The notes below the pieces were generated by a model, which searched no databases, was not told the origin of the DNA, and saw only the letters and a list, made by a program, of their open reading frames with translations. Both the position numbers and the translations under genes were made by a program. Below, one piece after another: positions 1 to 10,419 of a DNA stretch of 64,000 bases. The stretch comes from an uncultured virus (IMG/VR IMGVR_UViG_3300025921_000010) (taxonomy: Duplodnaviria > Heunggongvirae > Uroviricota > Caudoviricetes > Crassvirales). The stretch lies in the IMG/VR virus record IMGVR_UViG_3300025921_000010. The stretch is one strand, 5' to 3'. Each line of letters opens with the position of its first letter. Position 1 is the first letter of the stretch.

Positions 1-164
1 TTGTATTCAACGATCGCCCCACCCCCTTTAGTAAGCCGTAGTAGTGTTAAAGGCGTTTTATTATAAATAAAATACCTAAGTTCATGATAAAAAGCTAAAT
101 CCCCTTCGCCTGTAAGATATACTTTATTCCCTATCGCTTGGTTTATAAAATCAAGGGTTTTCAT
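1..164 (-). CDS. hypothetical protein, partial (runs off window start)
   Basis: ATG at 164, open frame MKTLDFINQAIGNKV... to the edge; lies downstream of the leftward promoter of module 1. Confidence 0.55.
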   Translation of the reverse strand, partial: MKTLDFINQAIGNKVYLTGEGDLAFYHELRYFIYNKTPLTLLRLTKGGGAIVEY

Positions 165-180
165 GTTTTTATATTTTGAT

Positions 181-262
181 AAAGATATAATATGTATCTA
201 TTTATACCAAAACTTTCTCCCCCTTTTTCACGATACATAATGTATCTGTCGTTCTAATTTTG
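181..262. promoter_or_regulatory. divergent promoter module 1 (two GATACA-N3-TGTATC palindromes, TTCTCCCC-T-tract, TAnnTTTG box)
   Basis: palindromes 184-198 (one mismatch) and 232-246; TAATTTTG 255-262 upstream of TerL. Confidence 0.85.
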
Positions 263-278
263 TTGGAGAAGTATATTT

Positions 279-2288
279 ATGTTTTCACCAATAGAAAATG
301 GTTCTGAAATTACGATAGAAGGCGTAAAGTGTTACGTGCCTCCTTATGGTTATGGCACGCACTCCGAAACGGCTGAATTACAGCCTGTGGACACAATTAA
401 ACGTAGTAATAAGAAAGAAGAACAGTATTGGGAACATCAATCTTTGCCGGACGATTTTGAGGAAGAAGTCTTAGTAGAACTAAAAAGACAGGAAAGCGAC
501 AAAGATTACATCGACCCAGCCCTCGAAGCTATCCGAAGCAGGGAATGGCATCGTAGATTGTACGGTTGCTGGGTGTGGATTAACGGCACCCCTACCTACT
601 TAACAGGACTTCACTATTTCTACCTTAACTACTGGCCGCTTGATACCGGACTGCCTGACTTCCGTATTATAGACTTGGAGAAAGCCTATTTATGGCAAGT
701 CGTGGTGGAAGATCCGAAATGTATCGGAATGATAGAAGTGAGAAAGAGGCGTGACGGTAAGTCGCTCTTTGCGGGGTGTATGTTATTTGAGTGTATTTCC
801 CGAACTAAAAAAGCTCTTGGCGGTATTCAAAGTAAAACGGATAATGATGCTGCTTCTTTCTTCGCTAAGGCAATCGTAAATCAATTTAGGGAACTGCCTT
901 CTTTCTTTGTTCCGGTGTGGGACACTTCATCGGGTAATACTCCTAAAGGGAAATTGTTATTTCAGCATCCCTCTGTTAAGGGAAAGCAAGCTACCATAAA
1001 AAAAGGTGCGGAGTTAAAGTCAATGATTGATTTTAGAAACTCCAAACCGAATGCTTATGACGGTGAAAAAACCAAAAGACTGATACTGGACGAGAGTGGT
1101 AAAGTACCTACTAATGTGGTTGACCGCCACCTTATCCTGAAACACTGTTGTCTTGACCACAGAAGAAATGTTATCGGTAAAATGCTGATTACTTCTACGG
1201 TGGAAGAAATAGGTGTACGATTTAAGTTCGACAAGTTATGGTCAGAGAACGACCAACTACACAGAATGGCAACCGACCAAAAAAGAAGCGGTGAACTGTA
1301 TTGTTTCTTTATGCCCGCAGACAGAGCAGGAGATTACGACAAGTACGGTTATCCTCGCCAAAAAGAAACGCTCATAGCAATCAAAGCTGACAGGGAACTC
1401 GAAAAAAACAACCCTGACAAGTTAATAAAGATGATGCGCAAAGAGCCTTTGAGCATTCAGGAGGCTTTTAGAATTTCTACTGATTTCTGTCACTACAATT
1501 CGATTAAAATTAATGACCGTATAGATGAAATTTCCTTTGCTACCAATCTAATCACAAGAGTGAATCTTACTTGGGAAAACGGGGTGCAATGTTCAAAAGT
1601 CTTACTTACACCTTCTCCTAATGGACGCTGGCATATCTGTACCGGATTCAAGTTTGACGATGAAAGCGAATGTAACAACGTAATCAGAAGAGGAAATAGT
1701 TTTGAACCGGGCAATGTAACTAAATTTATAGGTGGACTTGACCCTTACGACCATTCCAGAACCGAAGATAGCAGACGTTCCAATGCTGCTTGCCTGATTA
1801 GAAAAAAACACAACCCTTTTAAAGAAGGCGACCCCTATAATAAAGCGTTTATAGTTAAATACAAATACAGGCAAGATACAGCGCCTTTAATGTATGATGA
1901 CATTCTAAAGACTTGCTTTTATTTCGGCACTCCTATTTTATTTGAGAACCAAAAAAACGGCATACAGAAATACTTTGAAGAGAGAGGTTGCCTTTCATTT
2001 CTTGTTCACCTTCCCGATTATAAAGAACCAGGCATTCCCTCAACAGAGGATAATAAACGCTTTGGAGTTGACCTTACCGAAGAACTCATTAACAACGACT
2101 TGGACAAAGTTTATTATTCTGACCTTCTTGAAGAGTGGTTAAAATTCGACATAAACAATACTCAAATATTCGATTTAAGCATGGCCGCTATGTGGTGTTT
2201 GGTTGGAGACCGAAACAAAGTCTATAAAAGAGACCCCGCCAAACTGCGCCCAATATCCGATTACATCAAAAAATTTAAAACTGCATGA
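279..2288 (+). CDS. terL: terminase large subunit
   Basis: Walker A-like RKRRDGKS, Walker B LILDESGK, nuclease motif GLDPY; precedes portal. Confidence 0.92.
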   Translation: MFSPIENGSEITIEGVKCYVPPYGYGTHSETAELQPVDTIKRSNKKEEQYWEHQSLPDDFEEEVLVELKRQESDKDYIDPALEAIRSREWHRRLYGCWVWINGTPTYLTGLHYFYLNYWPLDTGLPDFRIIDLEKAYLWQVVVEDPKCIGMIEVRKRRDGKSLFAGCMLFECISRTKKALGGIQSKTDNDAASFFAKAIVNQFRELPSFFVPVWDTSSGNTPKGKLLFQHPSVKGKQATIKKGAELKSMIDFRNSKPNAYDGEKTKRLILDESGKVPTNVVDRHLILKHCCLDHRRNVIGKMLITSTVEEIGVRFKFDKLWSENDQLHRMATDQKRSGELYCFFMPADRAGDYDKYGYPRQKETLIAIKADRELEKNNPDKLIKMMRKEPLSIQEAFRISTDFCHYNSIKINDRIDEISFATNLITRVNLTWENGVQCSKVLLTPSPNGRWHICTGFKFDDESECNNVIRRGNSFEPGNVTKFIGGLDPYDHSRTEDSRRSNAACLIRKKHNPFKEGDPYNKAFIVKYKYRQDTAPLMYDDILKTCFYFGTPILFENQKNGIQKYFEERGCLSFLVHLPDYKEPGIPSTEDNKRFGVDLTEELINNDLDKVYYSDLLEEWLKFDINNTQIFDLSMAAMWCLVGDRNKVYKRDPAKLRPISDYIKKFKTA

Positions 2289-4597
2289 ATACGTTCCCCG
2301 CTGATGATATAGACCCGCAAAAAAAAGGACAAGACTACTGTAAAAAGTGGGCAGAAGCTATCTATGATAACTGGCTTCATGTAGTTCCTAAGACAATGTT
2401 TGCTCATGCTGCTGACAAGTATGAACGGATAAAATCGTATGCTCTCGGTTATCAGAATACTTCTAAATACCGTAAAGGAATGGGAGTAGATGAAGAAGAT
2501 GATACTTCGTGGTTAAATATAGACTGGTCAATTCGTCCTATCGTTTCTAAGTTTAGAAGGATAGCCATAGGGAAACTCCAAAAGGCCGACTATAATATTA
2601 ATTTTCATCCTATTGACCCTTTGGCTCGTGATGAAGTCTCCAAGTATTATAGCGAGATTAAAGCAAAGATTATCCTTCGTGAAAAACTTCTTCAACAACA
2701 GCCGGAACTTGCTCAATTACCTGCTTTTAAGAAGAAATTCGGCGACCCCGAAGATTTGGAAGAATTGCAAATGCAGATAGATTACGGGAGCAAGACTAAT
2801 CTATCTATTGAAGCAGAAGAAGGTGTAGGAGTGGTATTACAGGACACTGACAATAATATTTACGAACACCGCAAACTGACTTTTGAGAACCTTTTCGACT
2901 ATGATGTTAGTGGTCATAAGGTATGGATAGATGACAACGGAAGGGTACGTTTCAGGTGCGCAGATATGAGAAATATCCTGACTAACTATTGTAGAAAAAG
3001 GGATTTTTCAGACCTCGCTTATGTGGGCGAAATTATTGACGTTCCCTTAACGGAACTCTCTAAAGAGTTTAACGCAGAGGATATGGAGAAAATCAAAGGC
3101 ATTGCCCAAACGCAACCACAACGTCCTATCGGTGGGAATACCTTTACAACTTATGCTCATGATGAATCCAAAGTAAAGGTTCTCGATTGTGAATGGAAAA
3201 CCTACAACACGATTGTAAAACGTCAATCCCAAAATGAAGAAGGGAATATCGTATTTAAGGAATCCAAATTCAAAAATTTAAAATCAGATGAAAAAACCAC
3301 TATCAACGGAGTACAGAAACCCAAATACATTGGTAAAACAGTAGAGGTAGTCTATAAGTGTAAATGGATTATTGGCTCTGACTTTGTTTATGATTTCGGA
3401 CTTGCAAAAGACCAGCCACGTTCCGCTACCAAAGCTGCACGTACTGAATTAAGTTACTCCTTTTACGCACCGGACTTCCATGAAATGCGTACCCTATCTA
3501 TTATGGAGCAACTTATCCCAATGGCAGACGAATACCAATTGCTCGTTTATAAAGTTCAGAACCTCAATAACCGTATGATGCCCTTTGGATGGGCTATTGA
3601 TTTGGATGCGATTGAAGATGTGGCACTCGGAGCAGGGGGAGCAAAATTAAAACCTTCCGAAGTACTGGATATGTTCTTCCAAAGTCAAATCTTAACTTAT
3701 AGAAAAAAAGATTTAGACAGGCAGAATGTCAACTACAAACCAATCGAAGTTATACAGACTTCCTTTGCGCAGGAAATGGTAGCCTTATATAATCACATGG
3801 CTTCTATTATCGCCCAAATCAGGGATATAAGCGGATTAAATGAGTTGGTAGATGGCTCTACCGCAGGACAAGACAGGATGCCCAACGGATTAATAGAAGC
3901 TAATGCCGAAAGTGCCAACAATGCCCTCTTTGGAATCATTGATGCTGAAAAATGTTTGCTTGAAAAACTCGCAACCTCTTGTTTTAAGAGACTTCAAATA
4001 GCCATTAAATCGGGAGACTACGGAGGATATATTAACGCGATAGGTGGTAACTCGGTAAAACTAATTAAAGTCTCTCCTGACCTTGCCTTGCATGAATTTG
4101 CGATTATATGTGAAGTGAGACCTACGGACGAAATGAAGCAGTTAATCATTCAGGAAATGCAGCCGAATATAGCTGCCGGATTTTTAGACTTGTCAGACGT
4201 GTTGATTATACTGGATATGTACTCTACCCGAAAAGCGTATCAATTACTCGCTTACAAGGTGAAGAAAAATAAACAGCAGATGCAGGATAACGCTATGCAG
4301 CAACAGCAGCAAAACGGCCAAATACAGATGCAGTCAGCACAGGCAGCAGAGCAAATGAAACAGCAGACAGCAGCTATTAATCACGAGTTTGAAATGCAGT
4401 TGCAGAAATTAATCATCGAAGGAAATTTAGCCGTTCAGGAATTAAAGAATAAGACAACGGAGACAGCAGCGGCACTCGGAGTTGCGGCAAAAGTGATTAC
4501 AGATAATATGAGCGGAGATACCGCAGCACAACCATCACAGGGAATGCCGCAACAACAACAAGGAATGCCACAAGGACAGCCAGCAATGGCGCAATAA
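2285..4597 (+). CDS. portal protein with Gln-rich C-terminal tail
   Basis: 770 aa, coupled to terL, helical, Q-rich tail; synteny terL-portal-scaffold-capsid. Confidence 0.85.
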   Translation: MNTFPADDIDPQKKGQDYCKKWAEAIYDNWLHVVPKTMFAHAADKYERIKSYALGYQNTSKYRKGMGVDEEDDTSWLNIDWSIRPIVSKFRRIAIGKLQKADYNINFHPIDPLARDEVSKYYSEIKAKIILREKLLQQQPELAQLPAFKKKFGDPEDLEELQMQIDYGSKTNLSIEAEEGVGVVLQDTDNNIYEHRKLTFENLFDYDVSGHKVWIDDNGRVRFRCADMRNILTNYCRKRDFSDLAYVGEIIDVPLTELSKEFNAEDMEKIKGIAQTQPQRPIGGNTFTTYAHDESKVKVLDCEWKTYNTIVKRQSQNEEGNIVFKESKFKNLKSDEKTTINGVQKPKYIGKTVEVVYKCKWIIGSDFVYDFGLAKDQPRSATKAARTELSYSFYAPDFHEMRTLSIMEQLIPMADEYQLLVYKVQNLNNRMMPFGWAIDLDAIEDVALGAGGAKLKPSEVLDMFFQSQILTYRKKDLDRQNVNYKPIEVIQTSFAQEMVALYNHMASIIAQIRDISGLNELVDGSTAGQDRMPNGLIEANAESANNALFGIIDAEKCLLEKLATSCFKRLQIAIKSGDYGGYINAIGGNSVKLIKVSPDLALHEFAIICEVRPTDEMKQLIIQEMQPNIAAGFLDLSDVLIILDMYSTRKAYQLLAYKVKKNKQQMQDNAMQQQQQNGQIQMQSAQAAEQMKQQTAAINHEFEMQLQKLIIEGNLAVQELKNKTTETAAALGVAAKVITDNMSGDTAAQPSQGMPQQQQGMPQGQPAMAQ

Positions 4598-4699
4598 TAT
4601 GCCGTTATCAGATAGCCGTATTTCACATTAGGGGTGGTTACGGCCCACGGCTATATCCGCTGTTGCCTAAAATGCCCTACATTATGGCGCCAATAAATA

Positions 4700-4994
4700 G
4701 TTGGGCGCAATTAAGTGTCCAACAGTTCCATTAGTGCTTCGTTGACAGATTCTCGGTATGCTTGCATTATCTCATTTCTACCCCAGCCAGTTTTTGCTTG
4801 TAGTTTCTCAGCAAATATTTCTTCAATTCGTTTTAAAATTTTTTTATTCATAACAAATTTAAACTGCGCCCAACATTTCATTGGCTTAATCGGGGCTGAA
4901 CGATATGTGCTCAACGGAAGTACTTCTATTTAGCATTAGTGCAAGGCTCGGCGGACGTACTTCGATTTCCCCGCCTGCGCCAATGAGTTGACTA
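4700..4994 (+). mobile_element. satellite attC-like cassette containing a small minus-strand ORF
   Basis: GTTGGGCGCA 4700-4709 is complementary to TGCGCCCAAC 4865-4874; ~130 bp hairpin 4865-4994 resembles the array sites. Confidence 0.75.
4711..4851 (-). CDS. small hypothetical protein (cassette ORF)
   Basis: likely ATG at 4851 (MNKKILKRIEE...); the ORF track extends it to 4914. Confidence 0.6.
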   Translation of the reverse strand: MNKKILKRIEEIFAEKLQAKTGWGRNEIMQAYRESVNEALMELLDT

Positions 4995-5005
4995 TTGGGC
5001 GAAAG

Positions 5006-5254
5006 CTACCTACTTATTTCCGGCAGCATTCCTAAGTCAGCGTTTAATTGAGAAACAAATTCCCAATTCCCGGCCTCAATATCAGACAGGGCAACCCAAT
5101 CAGTTTTACCATCGTCATATTTTACCTTGTAGGCTAAACGCCAATCATGTTCTTCATCAGGTTGTACGTTTTCCAATGCAACAACTTCACAGCGTTCGCC
5201 AGCACGAAAACAATATCTGTGAACACCAACTAAATAAACTTTTTCAACCTTCAT
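5006..5254 (-). CDS. hypothetical protein
   Basis: 82 aa ORF directly downstream of the leftward promoter of module 2. Confidence 0.7.
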   Translation of the reverse strand: MKVEKVYLVGVHRYCFRAGERCEVVALENVQPDEEHDWRLAYKVKYDDGKTDWVALSDIEAGNWEFVSQLNADLGMLPEISR

Positions 5255-5273
5255 AACTAAACTTTTGAACCAA

Positions 5274-5355
5274 CAAGATACAAATTGTATCTATTCCCAC
5301 CAAATTTTTCTCCCCTTTTTTTGAGATACATTTTGTATCGTTCATTATAATTTTG
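5274..5355. promoter_or_regulatory. divergent promoter module 2
   Basis: palindromes 5277-5291 and 5325-5339; TAATTTTG 5348-5355. Confidence 0.88.
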
Positions 5356-5386
5356 TTTTTGAAGAATATCCAACTAAACAAAATAT

Positions 5387-6508
5387 ATGTTTTTAAGAAA
5401 ATTTTACGAAGCTACAAGTGAAGGAGGCGGTATAGCCTACAATCCTTTTGAGGGAGCAAAAGCAGGTGATATTAAAATTATTGACCCCGATGCACCGGAA
5501 GAAGTAGAAGAAGTGGAAACACCGGAAGAAAAAGTTGTTGAGAAAGTAGAAGAAAAAACACCCGAAAAAGTTGAAGAAAAGGTAGAGGAAAAGACTAAGG
5601 AAAAAGAACCTGAAAAAGTTGAAGAAAAAGTAGAGGAGCAAGCGCCGGAGGTAGTAAAAGAAGCGCCTGTTTTCAACTTGGACGAAGAACTGAAAAAAAT
5701 CGACAAGTGGGAAGCTCTTAAAAAGTTGGGTTTAGATGATTTTGAAATTGATCTTTTAAAATATAAGGCTGAAACAGGAGATGTAACTCCCTATCTGGAA
5801 GCAAAGACTGTTGATTACTCCAAATTCACTGACGAGCAGATTATGAGACATGATCTGCGCAAACAGTACAAGGGTATGTCAGACAAAGCGTTTGAACTAC
5901 TCTACGAAAAGAAAGTAAACGAACAGTTTAACCTTGATGCGGAAGTTCACGGAGAGGCCGCCGCAGAACTGGGCAGAGAGTTACTAAAGTTTGAAGCCGA
6001 TAAAATTCGACAAAGAGAAATTGAGGCACAGAAGAAGTTCAAAGCACCCGAAAAACCTGTTGATGATACCGCGCAACGTCAAAAGCAGGAACAGGAAAAG
6101 AAGTTCGAAGAATACAAGAGTTATGTTAATGACAATCCCGCAACTAAAACATTGCTTACAGACAAGAGACTTGTTTACGGTAATGGAGAAACGGCCTTCA
6201 ACTACGCAGTTGAACCGAAAAGTTTAGTAGAGACTGCCCTTAATCCACAACTTTTATTTAACGACCTCGTGGACAAGAACGGAAACGCTGACCTCGCAAA
6301 AGTATACAAGGCTAAAGCCTATATAGCCAACATGGAGCAAATAGAAAAGATGCTCATAGAACATGGGAAAACTTTAGGCGCAAAAGAACAATTTGAGAAA
6401 CTGGAAAATCCTTCCAAGAAAGAAGCTGCACCGGCTGTTACAACCGAAAATTTGACACCCGGACAGGCTCTTGCGAAGTATGGAAAATTCAAGTCGCCAA
6501 ATTATTAA
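5387..6508 (+). CDS. putative capsid scaffolding protein
   Basis: acidic, VEEK low-complexity repeats, coiled coil; directly upstream of capsid gene. Confidence 0.65.
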   Translation: MFLRKFYEATSEGGGIAYNPFEGAKAGDIKIIDPDAPEEVEEVETPEEKVVEKVEEKTPEKVEEKVEEKTKEKEPEKVEEKVEEQAPEVVKEAPVFNLDEELKKIDKWEALKKLGLDDFEIDLLKYKAETGDVTPYLEAKTVDYSKFTDEQIMRHDLRKQYKGMSDKAFELLYEKKVNEQFNLDAEVHGEAAAELGRELLKFEADKIRQREIEAQKKFKAPEKPVDDTAQRQKQEQEKKFEEYKSYVNDNPATKTLLTDKRLVYGNGETAFNYAVEPKSLVETALNPQLLFNDLVDKNGNADLAKVYKAKAYIANMEQIEKMLIEHGKTLGAKEQFEKLENPSKKEAAPAVTTENLTPGQALAKYGKFKSPNY

Positions 6509-6541
6509 ACAACATTATTAAAATTTTAATTCTTAAATAAA

Positions 6542-7852
6542 ATGGGAGTTTCAAGAGGAACAACTAACAAATCCTACGTGTCCGCCCAAGACTGGATAGA
6601 CACAAGAGAAATTAACCCCGCACTTATTGATGCGGCAAACGATACCGGGTTTTTAAAAACCATGCAAATATTCGGACGTACAAAGAAAACATCACAGCCT
6701 TCATACAGCCATCACGTAAATAGTGAAATGTACGCTACTATCACAGTAGGAACAACTTCTGGCTCTGGCAGCGCAACCGTAACCACTGCATTAACTGCCG
6801 GTAATGGATTTTTAAGGGTGTCTGATACTGTTACTTTTCCTGACGGGAAACAAGGTGTCGTGTATTCAAAAACAACTACAAGTGGCGTGGACACTCTGGT
6901 TATCAAATCTACAGACGGAAGCAACCTTACTCTTGTTTCAGGAAACTCTTTGAGTTTTTCCGGATATGGAGTTGGTGAAGAAAGTGACGCAGTAGAAAAC
7001 AGACGTTATGACACCGCAAGGTACTATAACCTGATTCAGACTTTCCGCGAAATTGACGTTATTACTGATATTCAGAAAGTATCAACAGTGGAGTTCAATT
7101 ATAATGGACAGAATTTGTACGGTGTATATCAGCACGCAAGAAAATTGCAAGCATTGAGATCAGCTATTGATATTGCGATGATACAGGGCAGGCAGTCTGT
7201 AACACAGTACGGAGATGCTTCACCGGCTTTGACTGATGCAAACGGTAAACCATTGCAGTTTACTATGGGTCTTGACCAATATGTAACCACTTATGGCGTG
7301 AATGATTCTCTCACCACTACTGGTACTTTAACTTTCGATGACCTGAAAGATTTTGCATCACAGTTAAACGCAGCTAAAGCGCCTATGGAGTTTATGGGTT
7401 ACACTTCTGACAGTTCTAAAATCGTTTACGACACCTTCTTTAAGGGTATCGGTAGTTCTGGCATTACTTCCGGACGTATGAAACTGGATGGTAAAGAAGT
7501 TGACTTAACAGTTGACAAATACACTTTCGGTACTCGTACTTACGAATTAGTACCCGTGAAGATTTTCGACCATCCTAAGGTTATTTCAAGTTCTATCAAG
7601 AACTCAATTTACTGGATTCCTAAAGGAAAAGTAAACGTTGAAGGTGGTGGAATGGAGCCTCGTATTCAGATTCGCTACATGGATCATGGCATGGCTAATG
7701 GAAATGACAATATGATCGGTGAAGCACATTCTGGTATGCTTGCTCCTGTACCAAATGGTACTATTGCAAACTGGTCAACTCATTGGCTTACACATCAAGG
7801 GCTTGAAGTATTAGCGGCTAACCAATGCGCTAAACAGGCAATTAATTTCTAA
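6542..7852 (+). CDS. major capsid protein
   Basis: 436 aa after the scaffold, followed by a strong terminator; YYNLIQTFRE segment resembles HK97-fold capsids. Confidence 0.8.
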   Translation: MGVSRGTTNKSYVSAQDWIDTREINPALIDAANDTGFLKTMQIFGRTKKTSQPSYSHHVNSEMYATITVGTTSGSGSATVTTALTAGNGFLRVSDTVTFPDGKQGVVYSKTTTSGVDTLVIKSTDGSNLTLVSGNSLSFSGYGVGEESDAVENRRYDTARYYNLIQTFREIDVITDIQKVSTVEFNYNGQNLYGVYQHARKLQALRSAIDIAMIQGRQSVTQYGDASPALTDANGKPLQFTMGLDQYVTTYGVNDSLTTTGTLTFDDLKDFASQLNAAKAPMEFMGYTSDSSKIVYDTFFKGIGSSGITSGRMKLDGKEVDLTVDKYTFGTRTYELVPVKIFDHPKVISSSIKNSIYWIPKGKVNVEGGGMEPRIQIRYMDHGMANGNDNMIGEAHSGMLAPVPNGTIANWSTHWLTHQGLEVLAANQCAKQAINF

Positions 7853-7857
7853 TCCCT

Positions 7858-7890
7858 AATAAGGCGGGAATTACTCCCGCCTTATTTATT
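7858..7890 (+). terminator. intrinsic terminator
   Basis: AATAAGGCGGGA-ATTAC-TCCCGCCTTATT followed by a T-rich tail. Confidence 0.85.
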
Positions 7891-7910
7891 TCATAACTAA
7901 ACAAAAAAAG

Positions 7911-8786
7911 ATGGAAACATTTGACAATCTGAACATTAATAAAATTTCAGAAAAGTATCAGGAAGAACTGGACGGGAAAAGACTTGAAGTAGGGCAATCG
8001 GTACAGTTCTTATTCTTAGACCCAAAACTCAATCCAGACCCCGAAGAAAGACGTACGAAAGAATTTATCTGGCGACAATCAGATTACATCAGAGGTAAGG
8101 AAACCATCAAAGACCCTTATTCCGGTAAACTTGTGGATATTGTAGTAGTAAAAGAAATAGATAATAATGGTAAAGTCATACCCGACAAGCTAACAGTAAA
8201 TCTTAAAGACAGCAACGGCTATTTAACCATTGTAGGAGGTAATACGGACTTGGAAAAATGGTACGAATTTTTGTTAGCCAGCAATTACAACGAAAGCAAT
8301 CCTTATAGAAATAAAAACGTACAAGCCAGGTTCAAAGTTATTGACGCTGTAAAGGAAAGTAAAGAGAAAAAGCGCGTTCAAAACACACTAAGGGAAATGC
8401 TTGTATTGGTTGACGGTCTTTCTAAATCTGAAAGACAAGAAATTGCCTCCGCTTACGGATGGGACAGAAATTCGGATGATGATGTAATTACAACAAGGCT
8501 TAATGAGATTGTAATGAAAGACCCCGAAGGCTTCTCTAAAATCGTAGGCAATAAGATTGACCTCTCCATGAGAGCGATTATCCACGATGCAATCACAGAA
8601 AATATTATTACTTATGCACCATTGGAAAATAAGTACACCTTCACAAAGACTAATGAAGTGATCTGTACTTTAACAAGGAGTGAATCAGTAGAACCTAAAG
8701 ACCAATTCTTAGAATGGCTTAAAACTAATACAGCGGGTAAAGCAGTATTAAACAATATAAAAAAATTGCTCAAATCTTCCGAGTAA
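7911..8786 (+). CDS. hypothetical protein of the head module
   Basis: 291 aa ORF following the capsid gene. Confidence 0.6.
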   Translation: METFDNLNINKISEKYQEELDGKRLEVGQSVQFLFLDPKLNPDPEERRTKEFIWRQSDYIRGKETIKDPYSGKLVDIVVVKEIDNNGKVIPDKLTVNLKDSNGYLTIVGGNTDLEKWYEFLLASNYNESNPYRNKNVQARFKVIDAVKESKEKKRVQNTLREMLVLVDGLSKSERQEIASAYGWDRNSDDDVITTRLNEIVMKDPEGFSKIVGNKIDLSMRAIIHDAITENIITYAPLENKYTFTKTNEVICTLTRSESVEPKDQFLEWLKTNTAGKAVLNNIKKLLKSSE

Positions 8787-8874
8787 CTGAGTTTAGTTTG
8801 GGATGATTAGGGTTGCCGCCTGATTGTATTCGTATCTACGTTTATTTGAAAGGCGGTATTTTTATTATGGGCTG

Positions 8875-9126
8875 TTATGGTTCACGGCTTTTAAAAGGCA
8901 TGTCATATATTTTTGGAACTTCTATTGGTGGTTCAGGTAATTCCATCCAATGTGTAACCCCTTCTACCTGCTCCCACGCACCACTATAAAATCCGTGTTT
9001 TGGGCTGTACATACAGTCAAAGACTGTTCTACCATTGAATACTAATACTATGGTATTTAATGGTTTACAGTTTTCAGTTGCTTCCGGTAATTCAGGAAGT
9101 TTTTCTTGAACGTTTATCCAATCCAT
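8875..9126 (-). CDS. DUF551-like protein
   Basis: MDWINVQEKLPE...VTHWMELPEPP signature. Confidence 0.85.
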   Translation of the reverse strand: MDWINVQEKLPELPEATENCKPLNTIVLVFNGRTVFDCMYSPKHGFYSGAWEQVEGVTHWMELPEPPIEVPKIYDMPFKSREP

Positions 9127-9147
9127 AATTTTTTATTTTATTTTCAT

Positions 9148-9228
9148 AAAGATACATTTTATATCATATCTACCAAATTTTTCTCCCCCTTTTTTAAGAT
9201 ACATTATGTATCGTACTGTCTAATTTTG
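9148..9228. promoter_or_regulatory. divergent promoter module 3
   Basis: palindromes 9151-9165 (one mismatch) and 9198-9212; TAATTTTG 9221-9228. Confidence 0.87.
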
Positions 9229-9243
9229 TCGTAACGAAAAAGT

Positions 9244-10419
9244 ATGGATTTAAGCTCATATATTTCATTTTTAGTTAAGGCAGATATTACCGATATATCC
9301 TCTCCGATATTCGTACTGACAGACAATTCTGTTTATCCTGCGGAGGTTGTTCCTACAGGTGTTTTCACAATTACACAACCGGACGGATTGGTTAGAACAG
9401 GCACGTTTACTTCACCGGACATTGTAGCCTCCAATACTTCAAAGAGTATTAACCTTCGATTGGACTGTAATAATCTACTCCAACAAGGCGAATACACGAT
9501 TAAATATGAAGTTCATGCTACAGGTTACGACCCGACTATTCTTTCAAGGTCGTTCACGGTATCTTATACTAAGCCGACCGTTAATTTAACGAATAATATT
9601 GACGTATTTACTCCTTCGGTAGAAGTTGAGGACAACACTGTTTACAGCGAAACAGGATATACCAATACCGTCACCCGTTCATGGAGTGCGGTAATAGGAA
9701 CATTTAATTTAACCGGAACTAATTCGGCAAGTTTTGACCTCAAATACGGGGCTTATTATTACGATGCGGCTTATACGGTTAACTTTTCTTCTATTGCGGA
9801 TTTTCAATCTACGGTTTACTCGTTTCTCTCAATAAGAGACAGTTTTTCTAAAACTGATTCATTTGATGTTTATGCGCCCGAATCTTCGGCTCAACTTTTA
9901 ACAGGGCTGACGGCATTAAAAACAAAGCTCGATTCCTTAATAAACAGTTGCCAAAAATACGACACAGCAAAAGCAGATTATGAGTATGCTTATATTCTCT
10001 ACACTCATGCGATGAAACGGATTTGCGCAGGAGACAAGACAGGCGTATATACTTATTTGAATGAGATTACGGCTATTATAAATAATAACGTAAAGCCTGT
10101 TCTCACTCATACGAATACCCCTATTTCGGCTTATGTGTATGACTGTGGTAGTTCCCCTACCCCTACTGTTCCTTTTGCTCTTGATGTGGTTGCAGGACAA
10201 TCCGCTGCTATCGCAGCAGGTGTTCTCGTTGGTGCTACGACTTTTACGAATACTCAACTTGCCAGCAAATACGTATTGGTGTTCAGGGGTGGTAATAAAC
10301 AACAAAACGGAGACCCCCTTGACGGTGGAATGTTCTACACGAAATCATATTTAGATACAACTATAACTTTTTCTGCACCGATAGCGGACGGTGAAGCTAT
10401 CTCCATTTATACGATATGA
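9244..10419 (+). CDS. putative virion structural protein
   Basis: Thr/Ser-rich, beta-rich; heads the fibre operon. Confidence 0.55.
   Translation: MDLSSYISFLVKADITDISSPIFVLTDNSVYPAEVVPTGVFTITQPDGLVRTGTFTSPDIVASNTSKSINLRLDCNNLLQQGEYTIKYEVHATGYDPTILSRSFTVSYTKPTVNLTNNIDVFTPSVEVEDNTVYSETGYTNTVTRSWSAVIGTFNLTGTNSASFDLKYGAYYYDAAYTVNFSSIADFQSTVYSFLSIRDSFSKTDSFDVYAPESSAQLLTGLTALKTKLDSLINSCQKYDTAKADYEYAYILYTHAMKRICAGDKTGVYTYLNEITAIINNNVKPVLTHTNTPISAYVYDCGSSPTPTVPFALDVVAGQSAAIAAGVLVGATTFTNTQLASKYVLVFRGGNKQQNGDPLDGGMFYTKSYLDTTITFSAPIADGEAISIYTI

Noticed and set aside
4586..4699. Degenerate attC or target duplication after the portal gene
   Set aside because: Short stems and an ATGGCGC(C)AATAA near-repeat are present, but no clear AAC box or arm pattern
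5500..5650. GAAGAAAAAG tandem repeats and antisense F/S-rich ORFs
   Set aside because: Low-complexity VEEK coding of the scaffold; the antisense ORFs are shadows
8874..9129. DUF551 gene as a relic cassette (GTTATGG ... CCATAAT)
   Set aside because: Only a 6-bp match, partly forced by the start and stop codons, and no attC body follows
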